64,000 nt of DNA from Paraspadella gotoi (taxonomy: Eukaryota > Animalia > Chaetognatha): positions 2,827,292-2,891,291 of the forward strand of contig CM119265.1 of assembly GCA_051294375.1 (NCBI GenBank), read 5' to 3'. Each line of letters opens with the position of its first letter. The stretch's first letter is position 1. Shown here piece after piece: positions 27,367 to 39,600 of this stretch. The notes under the pieces are model-generated. The model ran no database searches and was not told the origin of the DNA. It was given only the letters and a program-made list of their open reading frames with translations. The translations under genes were made by a program, and so were the position numbers.

Positions 27367-27408
<42 letters not shown>

Positions 27409-27424
27409 AAAGGTTTTTGTGTCT

Positions 27425-27460
<36 letters not shown>

Positions 27461-28919
27461 AAGATACAAGGTTTGCGTCTGAGGCGAAGACTCAGTTACA
27501 TTCGAAATGTTGGACTCTTGGTTTCATCCGGGGTTCGTCGACGAGGAGTTCCAAAGGTTCGTCAAAGGTTTGATCACTCGACTTTCGTTTTTCTTTCATT
27601 CGATCCCGGCGGAGTCGTTCCTGGGATTGATTTTGATTGATCGAATGATTGGTTAAAGCTTAACTTTGATTGACTAATTTTTTCTATGACCTGATAATAA
27701 GTATTTCTTCTATTAAAAAAAATGATCGATTGCTGTATTCCATTGGCTCAATTGGATTGATGTTTTTTTCACCTGAGCCGTTTTTTTCTCAAACGAAAAG
27801 CATGGAAATCGGTCTGCTGTCTGTTGACCGCGTAGAAAACATTCGAGTGATCGGGTATCTCCAATTCTGTTTTAAAAAAAAGAAAATTTAATATAATCAC
27901 TACGTGTAAAATAGTATTAAACTTTATGAGAACGAAAGTATAGTTCGGAGATTTCTTGGAAATGCGGGAGCAACCCACCACCGCCACCCAGAATAAACCA
28001 AAATAAAAATAAATTACATACCCGCTTTCCCTGAAAATGAGGTAAAAAAAAAAACAGAAAGATTGCCCTTAGCTTAATTTTAATAATAAAAATAATAATT
28101 TTAACCAATGAAATGAAATTCATTATTTTAAATTAATTTTAAATAATGAATTTCATTAATTTGTAAAATTCCTTTAACTTTTGAAAAGTACAATGTATGG
28201 ATTTTTGAAATATAACAGATCTTCCAGATTTAAATGCCTCTCTGTCATCTCACCAATCATCTCCCTCTTACTTATCTCTCTCTTTTACTTCTCTTACTTC
28301 TCTCCTACTCTCTCCTCTTTTACTTCTCTTACTTCCCCTCTATTTCCTTTCTCACCTCTCTCTGGCAGAACTTGCAAGAGGCAAAAGTCTCGGTGATCTT
28401 CTTCCTCCATGTTGTGTTCTTGAGGATCTGCTGATGACTGTCGTCGTCTTGTCCATATTCTTCACCATGATTCTGCAAGAATTCGGCCAAATTTTTTCAA
28501 CGATTTCGTCCGAGTGGATGAGTGAGGATTGGTCGGCACTGTTTCCGAAAGCGCCCAATTTATCGACTCCCTTAACACTAATCCTTAAAGCCAAAACCCT
28601 CACATTACCGTCCATCACTCTATCTGTTAGTCAGTCTGTCTGTCCTTCTCACCCCTTGTAGTGATTGGTGTCGTCGTTGCCGTCGCATTCCACAGCGACT
28701 CGTATCACGCAGAAATCCGCTGCGGACAAGAAAAAAAAAGAGAAAAAGATGAAGATTGTGACTTTTTTGGCGTCGTCGTCGTCGTCGTCATCGTCGTCGT
28801 TATCGTCGTCGTCGTTATCGTCTCTCTCCATTTCAACTGATTGAGTCGACCTCAAGATTTCTGACACGAAAGCAAATTTATTAATTTTTTGCGCTTTTAA
28901 ATGTTTCATCTCTCAGTCG

Positions 28920-28990
<71 letters not shown>
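14340..28990 (-). repeat. Inverted duplicate copies of neighbouring sequence, probably an assembly artefact
   Basis: 14340-~21920 is the reverse complement of ~29020-36276; 23605-~28940 repeats 16613-~21985 directly; 22082-22708 is the reverse complement of 22983-23553. The copies differ mainly by scattered 1-bp indels and start at gaps. Confidence 0.85.
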
Positions 28991-29015
<25 letters not shown>

Positions 29016-30267
29016 CGTCGTGTCAGAAGATCTTGAGGTCGACTCAATCAAGTTGAAATGGAGAGAGACGATAACGACGACGACGATAACGACGACGATG
29101 ACGACGACGACGACGACGCCAAAAAAGTCACAATCTTCATCTTTTTCTTTTTTTTTTCTTTCCGCAGCGGATTTCTGCGTGATACGAGTCGCTGTGGAAT
29201 GCGACGCCAACGACCACACCAATCACTACAAGGGGTGAGAAGGACAGACAGACCGGCTAACAGATAGAGTGATGGACGATAATGTGAGGGTTTTGGTTTT
29301 AAGTAGTAGTGTTAAGGGAGTCGATAAATTGGGCGCTTTCGGAAAACAGTGCCGACCAATCCTCACTCATTCCACTCGGACGAAATCGTTTGAAAAATTT
29401 GGCCGAATTCTTGCAGAATCATGGTGAAGAATATGGACAAGACGACGACAGTCATCAGGCAGATCCTCAAGAAACACAACATGGAGGAAGAAGATCACCG
29501 AGACTTTTGCCTCTTGCAAGTTCTGCCAGAGAGAGGTGAGAAAGGAAATAGAGGGGAAGTAAGAGAAGTAAAAGAGGAGAGAGTAGGAGAGAAGTAAGAG
29601 AAGTAAAAGAGGAGAGATAAGTAAGAGGTAGATGATTGGTGAGATGACAGAGAGGCATTTAATATCTGGAAGATCTGTTAGATTTCAAAAATCCATACTT
29701 TGTGCTTTTCAAAAGTTAAAGGAATTTNNNNNNNNNNAAATGAATGTCATATCATTGGTTAAAATTATTATTTTTATTATTAAAATTAAGCTAAGGCAAT
29801 CTTTCGTTGTTTTTTTTTTTTACTCATTTTCAGGGGAAAGCGGGTATGTTAATTTATTTTTTTTTGGGTTATTCTGGTGGCGGTGGTGGGTTGCCCCGCA
29901 TTTCCAAGAAATCTCCGAACTATACTTTCGTTCTCATAAAGTTTAATACTATTTTACACGTAGTGATTTATATTAAATTTTCTTTTTTTTTAAACAGAAT
30001 TGGAGATACCCGATCACTCGAATGTTTTCTACGCGGTCAACAGAGCAGACGATTCCATGCTTTTCGTTTTGAGAAGAAAAACGGCTCAGGTAAAAAAAAC
30101 ATCAATCAATTGAGCCAATCGAATACAGCAATCGATCATTTTTTTTAATAGAAGAAATACTTATTATCAGGTCATAGAAAATAATTAGTCAATCAAAGTA
30201 AGCTTTAACCAATCATTCGATCAATCGAATCAATCCCAGGAACGACTCCGCCGGGATCGAATGAAAG
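23399..30267 (+). CDS. RalGDS/RGL C-terminal part: Ser-rich linker and Ras-association (RA) domain exons
   Basis: 23399-23553 (DSESSFSHSTSHSAPSSPKNSPK..); 29168-29234 (DFCVIRVAVECDANDHTNHYKG); 29417-29535 (IMVKNMDKTTTVI..LKKHNMEEEDHRDFCLLQVLPER); 29998-30089 (ELEIPDHSNVFYAVN). These match the RalGDS RA domain. Inverted copies lie in 20500-21780 and 27500-28730. Confidence 0.85.
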
Positions 30268-31669
30268 NNNNNNNNNNNNNNNNNNNNNNNNNNNNNNNNN
30301 NNNNNNNNNNNNNNNNNNNNNNNNNNNNNNNNNNNNNNNNNNNNNNNNNNNNNNNNNNNNNNNNNNNNNNNNNNNNNNNNNNNNNNNNNNNNNNNNNNNN
30401 NNNNNNNNNNNNNNNNNNNNNNNNNNNNNNNNNNNNNNNNNNNNNNNNNNNNNNNNNNNNNNNNNNNNNNNNNNNNNNNNNNNNNNATGATATATTATTA
30501 TCGGTTCTCTAAACCTTGATTGTTAAAGATATTCTTGAATTTTTAGTTGATATAAAGGCTGGCAGGGAAAAAAGGTTTTCATATTTTTGTCTTTATTTTA
30601 AAAAACAATACATCAATTTTTGGCAAAAAGTTTTTTTTTGTAAATTTTGAACATTTTATGTTAGGTACAACGCTATACAATTTTTTTTCAATATTTAGAA
30701 ATATTTTTGTCCTAAATGAATTTTGTAATAAGCTAATTCAAAATTACTTGTGAATGAAATTTTAGACATGAATTTATTTAACAAACTTTTATTAAATTTC
30801 TAGAAAAATTACGGGATTAAAAAGAAAATGTTTTTGTTGCATTTCAGAGAGTTCATAGTAATTATGAGCTTTTTGTAACTACTAACTACCCGTTTTTAAT
30901 TCTTTTAAAATCTTTTAAAATATGAATTTAATAATTTTAACCTCAATAATTTCGATCTCAATTCATTTATTTAATTATTTATTTATTTATTTAATTATTC
31001 GCTTCTCTTTTTTCTAGTCAAACTTTTTATCCATAAACATTAAACTATTTTACATACAACCGATGCACTGTTTTTGAATCCATTATTTACACACATAGAA
31101 TAATGATAAAAAAAAAAACTATATTTTTTTGTCTTCATTATCTTCATTATCATCATAATTATCAACGTTATCATCGCCTTCCACATTATCGTCTTTATCA
31201 TCTGCATCATCATCGTCATCATCGTTAATTCTATCATTCAATAGAAAATGCTAGTCAACTTCGTCAATTATGACAGACAAGATAATGATAATAATGATAA
31301 CTCATTTTGTCTTCAACGATATGACATAGAAATAACCCTGAATGTCTGTTTTACATTTCAAACAAACTCTTTTTTTTTCATTAGTTTCATTCATCGTTTC
31401 TCGTTGAATAAAAATTAAATGTGCACAAAATAATTTCAATTTGATTAATGTTTTTTCGCTTAATTTTGAGTTAGCAAAGTCATTTACTCATTTTTCCAGC
31501 CACTGATATCGTCGTATACACTAGTTTTATTGAGAAAGCAGTTCGACAAAAAAGAATAAAAATTTACTATTACATTAGGAATAGTTATTAGTTTGAAATC
31601 ACAATTATCAATCATTTACGGTTTTTTGTTCCACGGAGCAATACAAGCCGTTTGCATTGGTTTCCCTCA

Positions 31670-33240
31670 TCAGTCGCAATTCCTCCACACTCTGATTTTG
31701 CCGATCAATAAAATGTCGTTTCCTTTCCTCGTGTTCGTAATCGAGATTCCGTAACATCCAAACGGAGAACCTTGGAAAACTGGCATCATCACATCGACGA
31801 AGCCTCGACGCTTTACATCTTCCGCGGCCACGGTGTGGTTCGAGAATGTCGAGAGCTCATTCACTAATCTTGGCAAACATTTTTCTTCATTAACGAATAC
31901 TTCGTAAGATGAGAGAAAATAATCGCCCGGGTCGCAGTCATCTATTGTTTTAAACATGTTATAATTAATGTTTAAGTATACTAATATTACTAGTACTAAT
32001 TTTACAATTAAATAAATTCGAAGAGTGGTTATCTCACCATTTTTCAAATCCTTGGGACATTCTTCACTTTGTTGCAAGCGAATTTTGTATATAGGTAATT
32101 TCTGAAAAGGGAAACAATCATTTTTAATTATGTATAAAAAAGAAATATTAAAGAAAAAAGAAAAAATAATAAAAATTCTAAAAGGACAAAATAACCGTGA
32201 GTTTTTCAAATAAAATATGCGGCGTTGTCAGCCTTAATCCGACTGCCTTACTACGTAAATAATTGAATTTACTATAATGTTAGGCGAAAAAAGTTTTTTA
32301 AAGGATTTAAAATTCATTAATTACATGTCCATAGGCATCAAAAAAATAATGTTCAATCGCTCAATTTTTTCATCACTCCACCCTACTATACAACCTCATT
32401 AGCTTAATTATTAATGTATTGAAGAGACATGATATAATTGTGTGATGATACCGATTATTATAAGCAGTCCCTAAGTTTGAGATAAGGCTGCAGGGGGGGG
32501 TGAAGCGCCTCGTCCCTCTTAACCCAAGTCCTCTAGGTCCACTACAACTTCATTAATTCATTTTTTTAAAAATATTTTTTCAATTGATAAAATTCTAACT
32601 TCGTTTCCGGGAAAAGTGATGAAAAAAAAATGGGGAAGTTTCTTCGATTTTCCAGATTCCCAATTTGCGCCGCGTCGAGTTTCGTTTAAGGCGTAACGCA
32701 ATTTAGCAAAGCTTCGCTCGGAAGATGGCGTGACCTTGAAATCCCTGTCTTTGAAGGACATCTCTTTGAGACAAGGACCGGATGGTGACATCGGCGGATC
32801 ATCGAGTTGTTGAAGTCCTTTAAGGGGAGAGGGGGATGTTTCTGAAATTTATTTATTTAAATATTCTTTCAAAAGCAATGATTTCGTTCATCATTTAGTA
32901 CGCACATTTAGAGAAATCTTATATTTTCTTAGATTTAATAAATTTATAGAATGTATTAGAATTTATTGAATTTATATTTAATAAAATTAGTTTAATTTTT
33001 AAAATAGTAAATTAATTCAAAATACTTATATCGGTTATAATATCTAGTTGAATTCAATGTTATCACCATTTTTTAGAAGTAATTTGCTCATATTTGTAGA
33101 TTTTCTTTTGAATCGATATATTATAAGATTGTTTAAAAAATTAATTTATTTAAAAAAATATAATATTGCTTACCTTCAATATTTGATGTCTGATAAGCTT
33201 TAACAATCGTAGAAGCATTCGTATCAGATTCGGTAAACTT
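31670..33240 (-). CDS. Unannotated spliced gene, possible discoidin/F5-8C or galactose-binding-like beta-sandwich domain; 5' exons uncertain (may reach ~34980)
   Basis: Phase-compatible GT-AG exons 32841-32600 (..RRGANWESGKSKKLPHFFFITFPGNE), 32101-32038 (KLPIYKIRLQQSEECPKDLKN) and 31941-31670 (DDCDPGDYFLSSYEVFV..CYGISITNT..LLIGKIRVWRNCD*); a further donor at 33173. Confidence 0.6.
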
Positions 33241-35168
33241 GACAATATTGCACACAAGCTTCATTTGTTTATCATCAAAGGTTCCCTTAAAAGATTTTAC
33301 CCTATTTTTAAATTTGTAAGACGTGTATAAATTGAAATAAATTATTTAATTATTCAAATAATTAATTAGCATAGGTAAATTTAATTATTTAATTAAAAAT
33401 TAAATAATTAAATAATAATCTTACTTGAACGAAAAAAGCAACTCCTTTCTTAAATTGAGAATAAACTGCGCAAGCGACTTTGGAATTGATTCTTAGCTTT
33501 TCGATATTTTTGGTTTGAATCGACGTAAACTTCAGTTGGTAAAATGTCGAATTTTCTATTTCAAAATTTAACAAAATTAGCGGAAGGATATATAGTTACT
33601 TTACTCACTTTTAGAATGCTTCCTACTATTTTTTATGGTTTATTTTTATTTTTATTTTTATGGTTTATTTTTATTTTTATTTTTATGGTTATATTTATTG
33701 TATTGTTTTCATAAACTGAAACAGTCAAATTTTTAAATTCGGACTTACCGGCTAGGATTATATTTGTTAAGATTAACAAAGAGAAAAGAGAAACATTAAT
33801 CGTAAGAGGAAAAGGGTTAATATAAATATTTTTGCACTTTATATTCATTTTTGAGCTTAAAATAATGTAAAAAGAAGTTTAAAAAAGTAGCGGATGTATA
33901 AACCAGAAAATATAAACCAGAAAATATAAACCAGAAATCTATTATTTGTCTAGAGGCAAAGTCAATATGTATCAAATGTTTACTCCCTGCAACGAAAACG
34001 GAGCAATCAGCCAAAGACAAACCGGAAAGTCACGAGTTCCAGGTAAACTTTTAACCCTTGCGAAGTGAGTGTGAGGTAAAATCAATATTGGTGCTCTATG
34101 TCTCTGAAACAAAACTTATGAACGAAATAGGTAAGGCATAGGAATGAACGCCAGTAGTGGTGGATTGCACAGTTTTTATTTATTCATAAAGTTTTCATAA
34201 TTTTTTTTTGTGTCCGTCTGCTTTGAAATGATTTTTTGCAGTGTGATATATAGTATTGCATCCTAAATCTAAAACCGCGCCTACGACTGTTTTATCGATT
34301 CTGCAAAAATGTTTAATTTTACTGTGTAAATATATCATGTTTGTAAAACGAGTTTGTACAGGTTTGATTACCTCTAGGGGCAAGTTTTTGGTTAATGGAT
34401 GTTTACAAAATCGATAGGATCATTAAATGATAAATAATAATAATAATTATAATATTAAATGATAATAGAGTAGAATAATATAATAGAAGATTAGTGCATA
34501 GTAACAGGATATAGCATAGCATAGCTCTAAGCTGTAAAGTTTTTAGGTTTTACTTTTCTGCCTAATTAAATTTTCATGAATTTTCATGTTCGTTATTAAC
34601 GGCATTCACTACAGAAATACGATCCTCTGGAAATAACTGCAAGCGTTTCAGCCACTTTCTCTACTTATATTTAGAAGATTAATTCAGGAAAGCAATTGTA
34701 TATAGATATATATATAATATTATATATAAATTCGTAAAATCAAATTAGCACTACTTTGAAAAAACTCAAAACAGGTTGTTTTTTTTTTTGGGTGTGTTTT
34801 TCAACAAATAATCGTCATTGACGACTAGTTTGACTTGTTTGACTGGTTTGACAATCAGCGTGCATCAAATACATTCTGCCTGGAACCTAGGACCTTCTCT
34901 ACGACGCGGCGGCTCCGTGTTAATCAACCACTTTACCCACTTGAACACGATTGTTAGGATTCCACTCGAAATTTTCTGCAAAATCATTTTTTTCGGTTTT
35001 TAAAATTAATTGAGAAAATAAATAAACGAAATGTCGCTGGAAAGACAGTTCCCGATCCACCTTGTTTAATAAATTTTTTTCATGAATTTATTTATTTTTT
35101 CTCTTAAAATTTTCTTGATTTAACAAAAAATTCGGACATGACCTTTCGGCCTGCATTCTGCATCGGAC

Positions 35169-36665
35169 ATGTCGCGATTATTTAATAAAAATCTTTTTGC
35201 CTTTTTGTTTTCGTCTTTGGTTCTCGTCTTTTGGTTTCGTTGGCAAATCGCAGATTTGTCCTCAAGTTTTACGCCCTTTGCTGGTGAGAGCGTTTTTGAG
35301 TTTTTACAATAATTGGTTAATTACTATAAACTTAATCACTTTTCAAAGTTTAAAATTACAGAAATACATAGCTACTTATTCTGCAAAGACATCTCTCTCT
35401 CTCTCTCTCCCCCTCATCCCCTTCACCGATCCCCAGTGAGTCCCCCAGTCCCCGAAATTCCCAAAGGCTTCGATATTTTCACCGATGGTTGCAAGATTCC
35501 CTCATTCGATCCATTCGACGCTTCAATTTCTCACGTCAAGTTGGTCGGTGAGACGTGAGACGTGAGACGTGAGACGATAACGTTTGTACTTTGGTTATTT
35601 TGTTAGATTTTATCGCCTACACAAGTGAAGATCCCTGTAAATAAAAAAAAGATTAAAACTTTTATTAAGCTACTTTTACAGAACAAAACTTTTTACCGTG
35701 ACTTATATTTACATTTAAGGCAAAGAAAATTCCGGGGGTGACTGTTCAAACTTCGAGCGACATCTGGATTCAATTCCGGAAAAAAACGTGGCTTTCGTCA
35801 AAAACGAATCTCTTGCGAAACTGAAGGCGAAATTCTGCGAATGGGCGGCCGTGATTCGCGGAGACGAGTCCGACTCGAGCTGGGATTGGTCCAAGAGTAC
35901 GCGGTTTAACGCCGATGAGAAGGTAACGTCATTGTTTGGGACTTTGTTTGTATGTAAGTATTAAAAAAGAAGCTGGTGTCTTGTTTATTGTGTTGAGGAG
36001 TTTTTGAGACTCAAGTATTTACGGATCAACCACAATGGCATTTGTCCATATTTCTTTGATCAAAATATTGTTAAATTTCATTTTCTTTTACACTTATTAA
36101 ATTGGTACAACCAATATAAAAGTTATCCATTCATTTAATTGATAAGAATTTAAATAATAAATATATACATTTTTTATCTCACCTCATCTCATATGAAAAG
36201 AGTAACGTATTCATATTAAAATAATGTGAATATTTGTCACCATCATTTTTTTGATCCAACTTTAGGTCAGAATCTCGGCTGACTTTGCCCTGGTCAAGTG
36301 CTACAACGATTTGCAGCAGATGGTCCTGGCGGAATTCGTTGTCCTCGGATTCGAAAATTCGTTAAAAATAAAAGAAAAAAAAATTTTGAGAGAAAAACAT
36401 GAAACAATTGTTGGAATAAAAAACGAATTCGATGTTTTTCTTGTCGGTATCGATTCGGTGTCGAAAAACAACTTTATCAGGTTAACTCTGTTTTGGGTTC
36501 TTTACCACGTTTACCGACTCGAATAATTGTTATCCTCTTTTCCTTTTCATTCAGAAATTTGCCGAAAACGAGAAAATATTTGATGGAAAATTTGAATCCT
36601 ATTGAATTTCATGGGTAAACAACTTCTTGGTTTAAAAGCGAAATTTTAAAATTATAGAGCGAGGA

Positions 36666-36696
<31 letters not shown>

Positions 36697-39600
36697 TTCT
36701 TCTACCTCTTTTTCCAAATATTTATTAATTTACTTTGAATATATCATTCTTGCTACTGACGATGACATATCTCATAATATACAATATATTATATTATAAC
36801 GCCAATTTTGAGAAAAAAAATTATTTATACATTTTTTTGTCAAAATCGCACAAAGCCTCTCAAGTTAACTTCTTTTGGCCAAGATTTCGCTGTTAAACAA
36901 ACATTAAGCTACAATAAAGTCGCCGACAATACTCTCGTCAATTTTATTCCTTTCCTTACCGGAAAATATCTCAAAGATTTGCCCTGGGATGAAACCAAAT
37001 CGAAACTACCCTGGGACAACTATCCCTTCATTTGGAAAAACTTTTCGGACAGAGGGTAAATACTAAATTGTGGCTGTATATTCACACCGCCTCACGTCCA
37101 GCTCATGGGTAAGAAGGTCTCAAGTTCAAACCCACGTATTCACACCGCCTCACGTCCAGCAGCGTTCAGCCAATCACATTGGCTCTCAGGGGGAACGCAC
37201 CATCCAGGGCGTTGCGTACCATCAACAGTCCTAACGATTTCCTTCTGGGTTGGCAAAGCGAGACCGTCCTAGGGGAACCGCGCCACTGACAGGAGGCGTT
37301 ACTGAGTGTCGGAAGCCCCCAAAGCCATCAGTAAGATGCCCCTTTCCAATGGGCATCACGGGCAACCCGGCTGTTACCATAAGAGCCCCTTTTCTCCTTT
37401 AATTCAGAATTAAAATTATTTTTAAGTTTAGTGATTTGGCTTAGAGATTAGGGTTAAGGATTTGGGTCAAGGGTTAGGGTTTAAAGTTAACAGATAAGGT
37501 TAGAGATCAGCGTTACGACTTAGGGATTCAAATGTATTAGTTTAAGGTATTAGGTCAAGGTCACAAGGTTAGGGGGCTGAGGGATTTTAAAAAATCAGGC
37601 TTAGATAATGAAAATAAAATTAAGTTGAGGCATTAAGAACAGAAATAGGGCACTTTTGGAAAATAGTGGCCAAAAATTCTCATTAACTTTTTTGTATTAT
37701 TTTTGTATTAAGTCAGCACTTGATAATAATTCCATTAGGTACTGGACTCTGTATGGTGAAGATTATTTCAGTATCAGTACCTTCAACTACATAAAGGAGG
37801 GTTTTCACCGGCAGCCCACAGACACTATTTTCGACCATTTTTACTGGCCTATGATAAATATCATAAATTAGAGTAAGTTCAACTCTGAGAATTATCTTAA
37901 TTTAATTCTCCGAAATTCATTTTCAAAATTGATTTTCTCCTTTGAATTGTAGTGGCGTATCGGCACCAAATGTTTTGGAAATCAAACTCAGGTTTGTTTT
38001 ATTTTTTTGATTTTTAGTGATGTAATATCACTACCCGTTGGATACCACTATTCCTTCCGTCAGCGTCCTAATAGCGCGCTTGTTTAACGCTTCATCTCCG
38101 AACCCAATGGGCATGGGTTCTAGCCCTGGTTGAACAGTCCTTGCAAAAAGAGTGACGGGCCGGTTAAACCACCGGTAGCAAACCTACATGGCAACTGACG
38201 GAAAAAGCTACCAGACCCACTCGGCACACTAAGTATGAGGCTATCCACAGTCACAGACAGGCATGGCGACCCTCTCTCCTCTTGGTCACTAAAATAATTG
38301 GTTTGAATTACTTCATAACATTCTTGTATACCTATTACCTAATAATTCATGTATAATAACTGGCAAGTTAAAGGGGTAGCAAGGATTTTCTGAAGAGCAC
38401 TTAATTATATTTAAGTAAGTGATGTAAAAGTATGTGACTAAAAAGTATTACCTTTAAATGATGCAGTACGTATTACCAGACTCGTGAGCATTTCCAAATC
38501 TAAATTGGACCGACCGATCAAAAGTAGACTAATCGGGTTCGTCCTCCAGTGAGTACTCAACAATTTTCCCTCGAAGGGCGATTGGCTCTACGATTGGTTC
38601 TTCAACGTCCTTCGATCTCGCGACGTCAGCGATCGAACTTTTGCTTTACTTTGGTCCAACTCTTGGTCGCATGAGGAGCTCCACGCGACCAGAGCAGCGG
38701 ACGAGCCCACGCTCCGACTGTTTAAGAGATTGAACGAGGGTGAGGGGGAATATTAGGAGCAATTGGGAGGATCTATTAATAAATAAATACTTAAAATAAT
38801 GAGTGAATGAATGAATTTATACATGATTGAATTAATGAATAAAAGAAAAAGGAATGAATGAATGAATTTTTAATTAAATAAATTATTCATTGATTAATCA
38901 ATAAATATATAGATGAATAAATGAATTATTTAATGAATGATTCATTGAATATATATTGAATATAAAAGTGAATTACAAAATGAATGAACTGAATAATTGA
39001 AGAAAATTTTTTTGACTCAATCAGTGAAATAATTAATTATGATGAAGATGATGATTGAGTGAAATACTGTATAACTAAACGAATCAACGAATCTCAATCT
39101 AATCAATAAAATCAATCAATCAATCAAACCAATCAAACCAATCAATCAATCAAATCTCCAAGCCAATCTTCTCTCCAACGCCATCGTCTTCTTCTTCTCT
39201 GACCACGGATTCCGATTCGGCGAAATCAGAGAAACTTTTGCCGGAAAATTCGAGGAGCGACTTCCCTTCCTCTACGTCCTTTTGCCGGAGAGGCTGCGGC
39301 GAAGTCGTCCCGAGTTGGTCGCCAATCTAGAGACGAACTCCCGTCGATTGACGACGAATTTCGATCTTTACGAGACGATGGTTCATCTCTTGGATATGGG
39401 AACTGGAAAGAAGAGAGGGTGAGGGATGAAATGGACAAAATTTGATTGATTGATTGGATTGATTGGATTTATTGATTGATTGATTTCTCTCTCCAGGTCA
39501 GAGTCCAATCCTCCTTTAGTCAATGGAACCAAATTTCGTTATTCCCTCTTCGATGAAATTCCAACGACAAGATCTTGTGCCTCAGCGACCATCAAGCGCC

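Noticed and set aside
20500-28730. Extra RalGDS RA-domain paralogues on the minus strand
   Set aside because: Indel-ridden duplicates within the probable mis-assembly.
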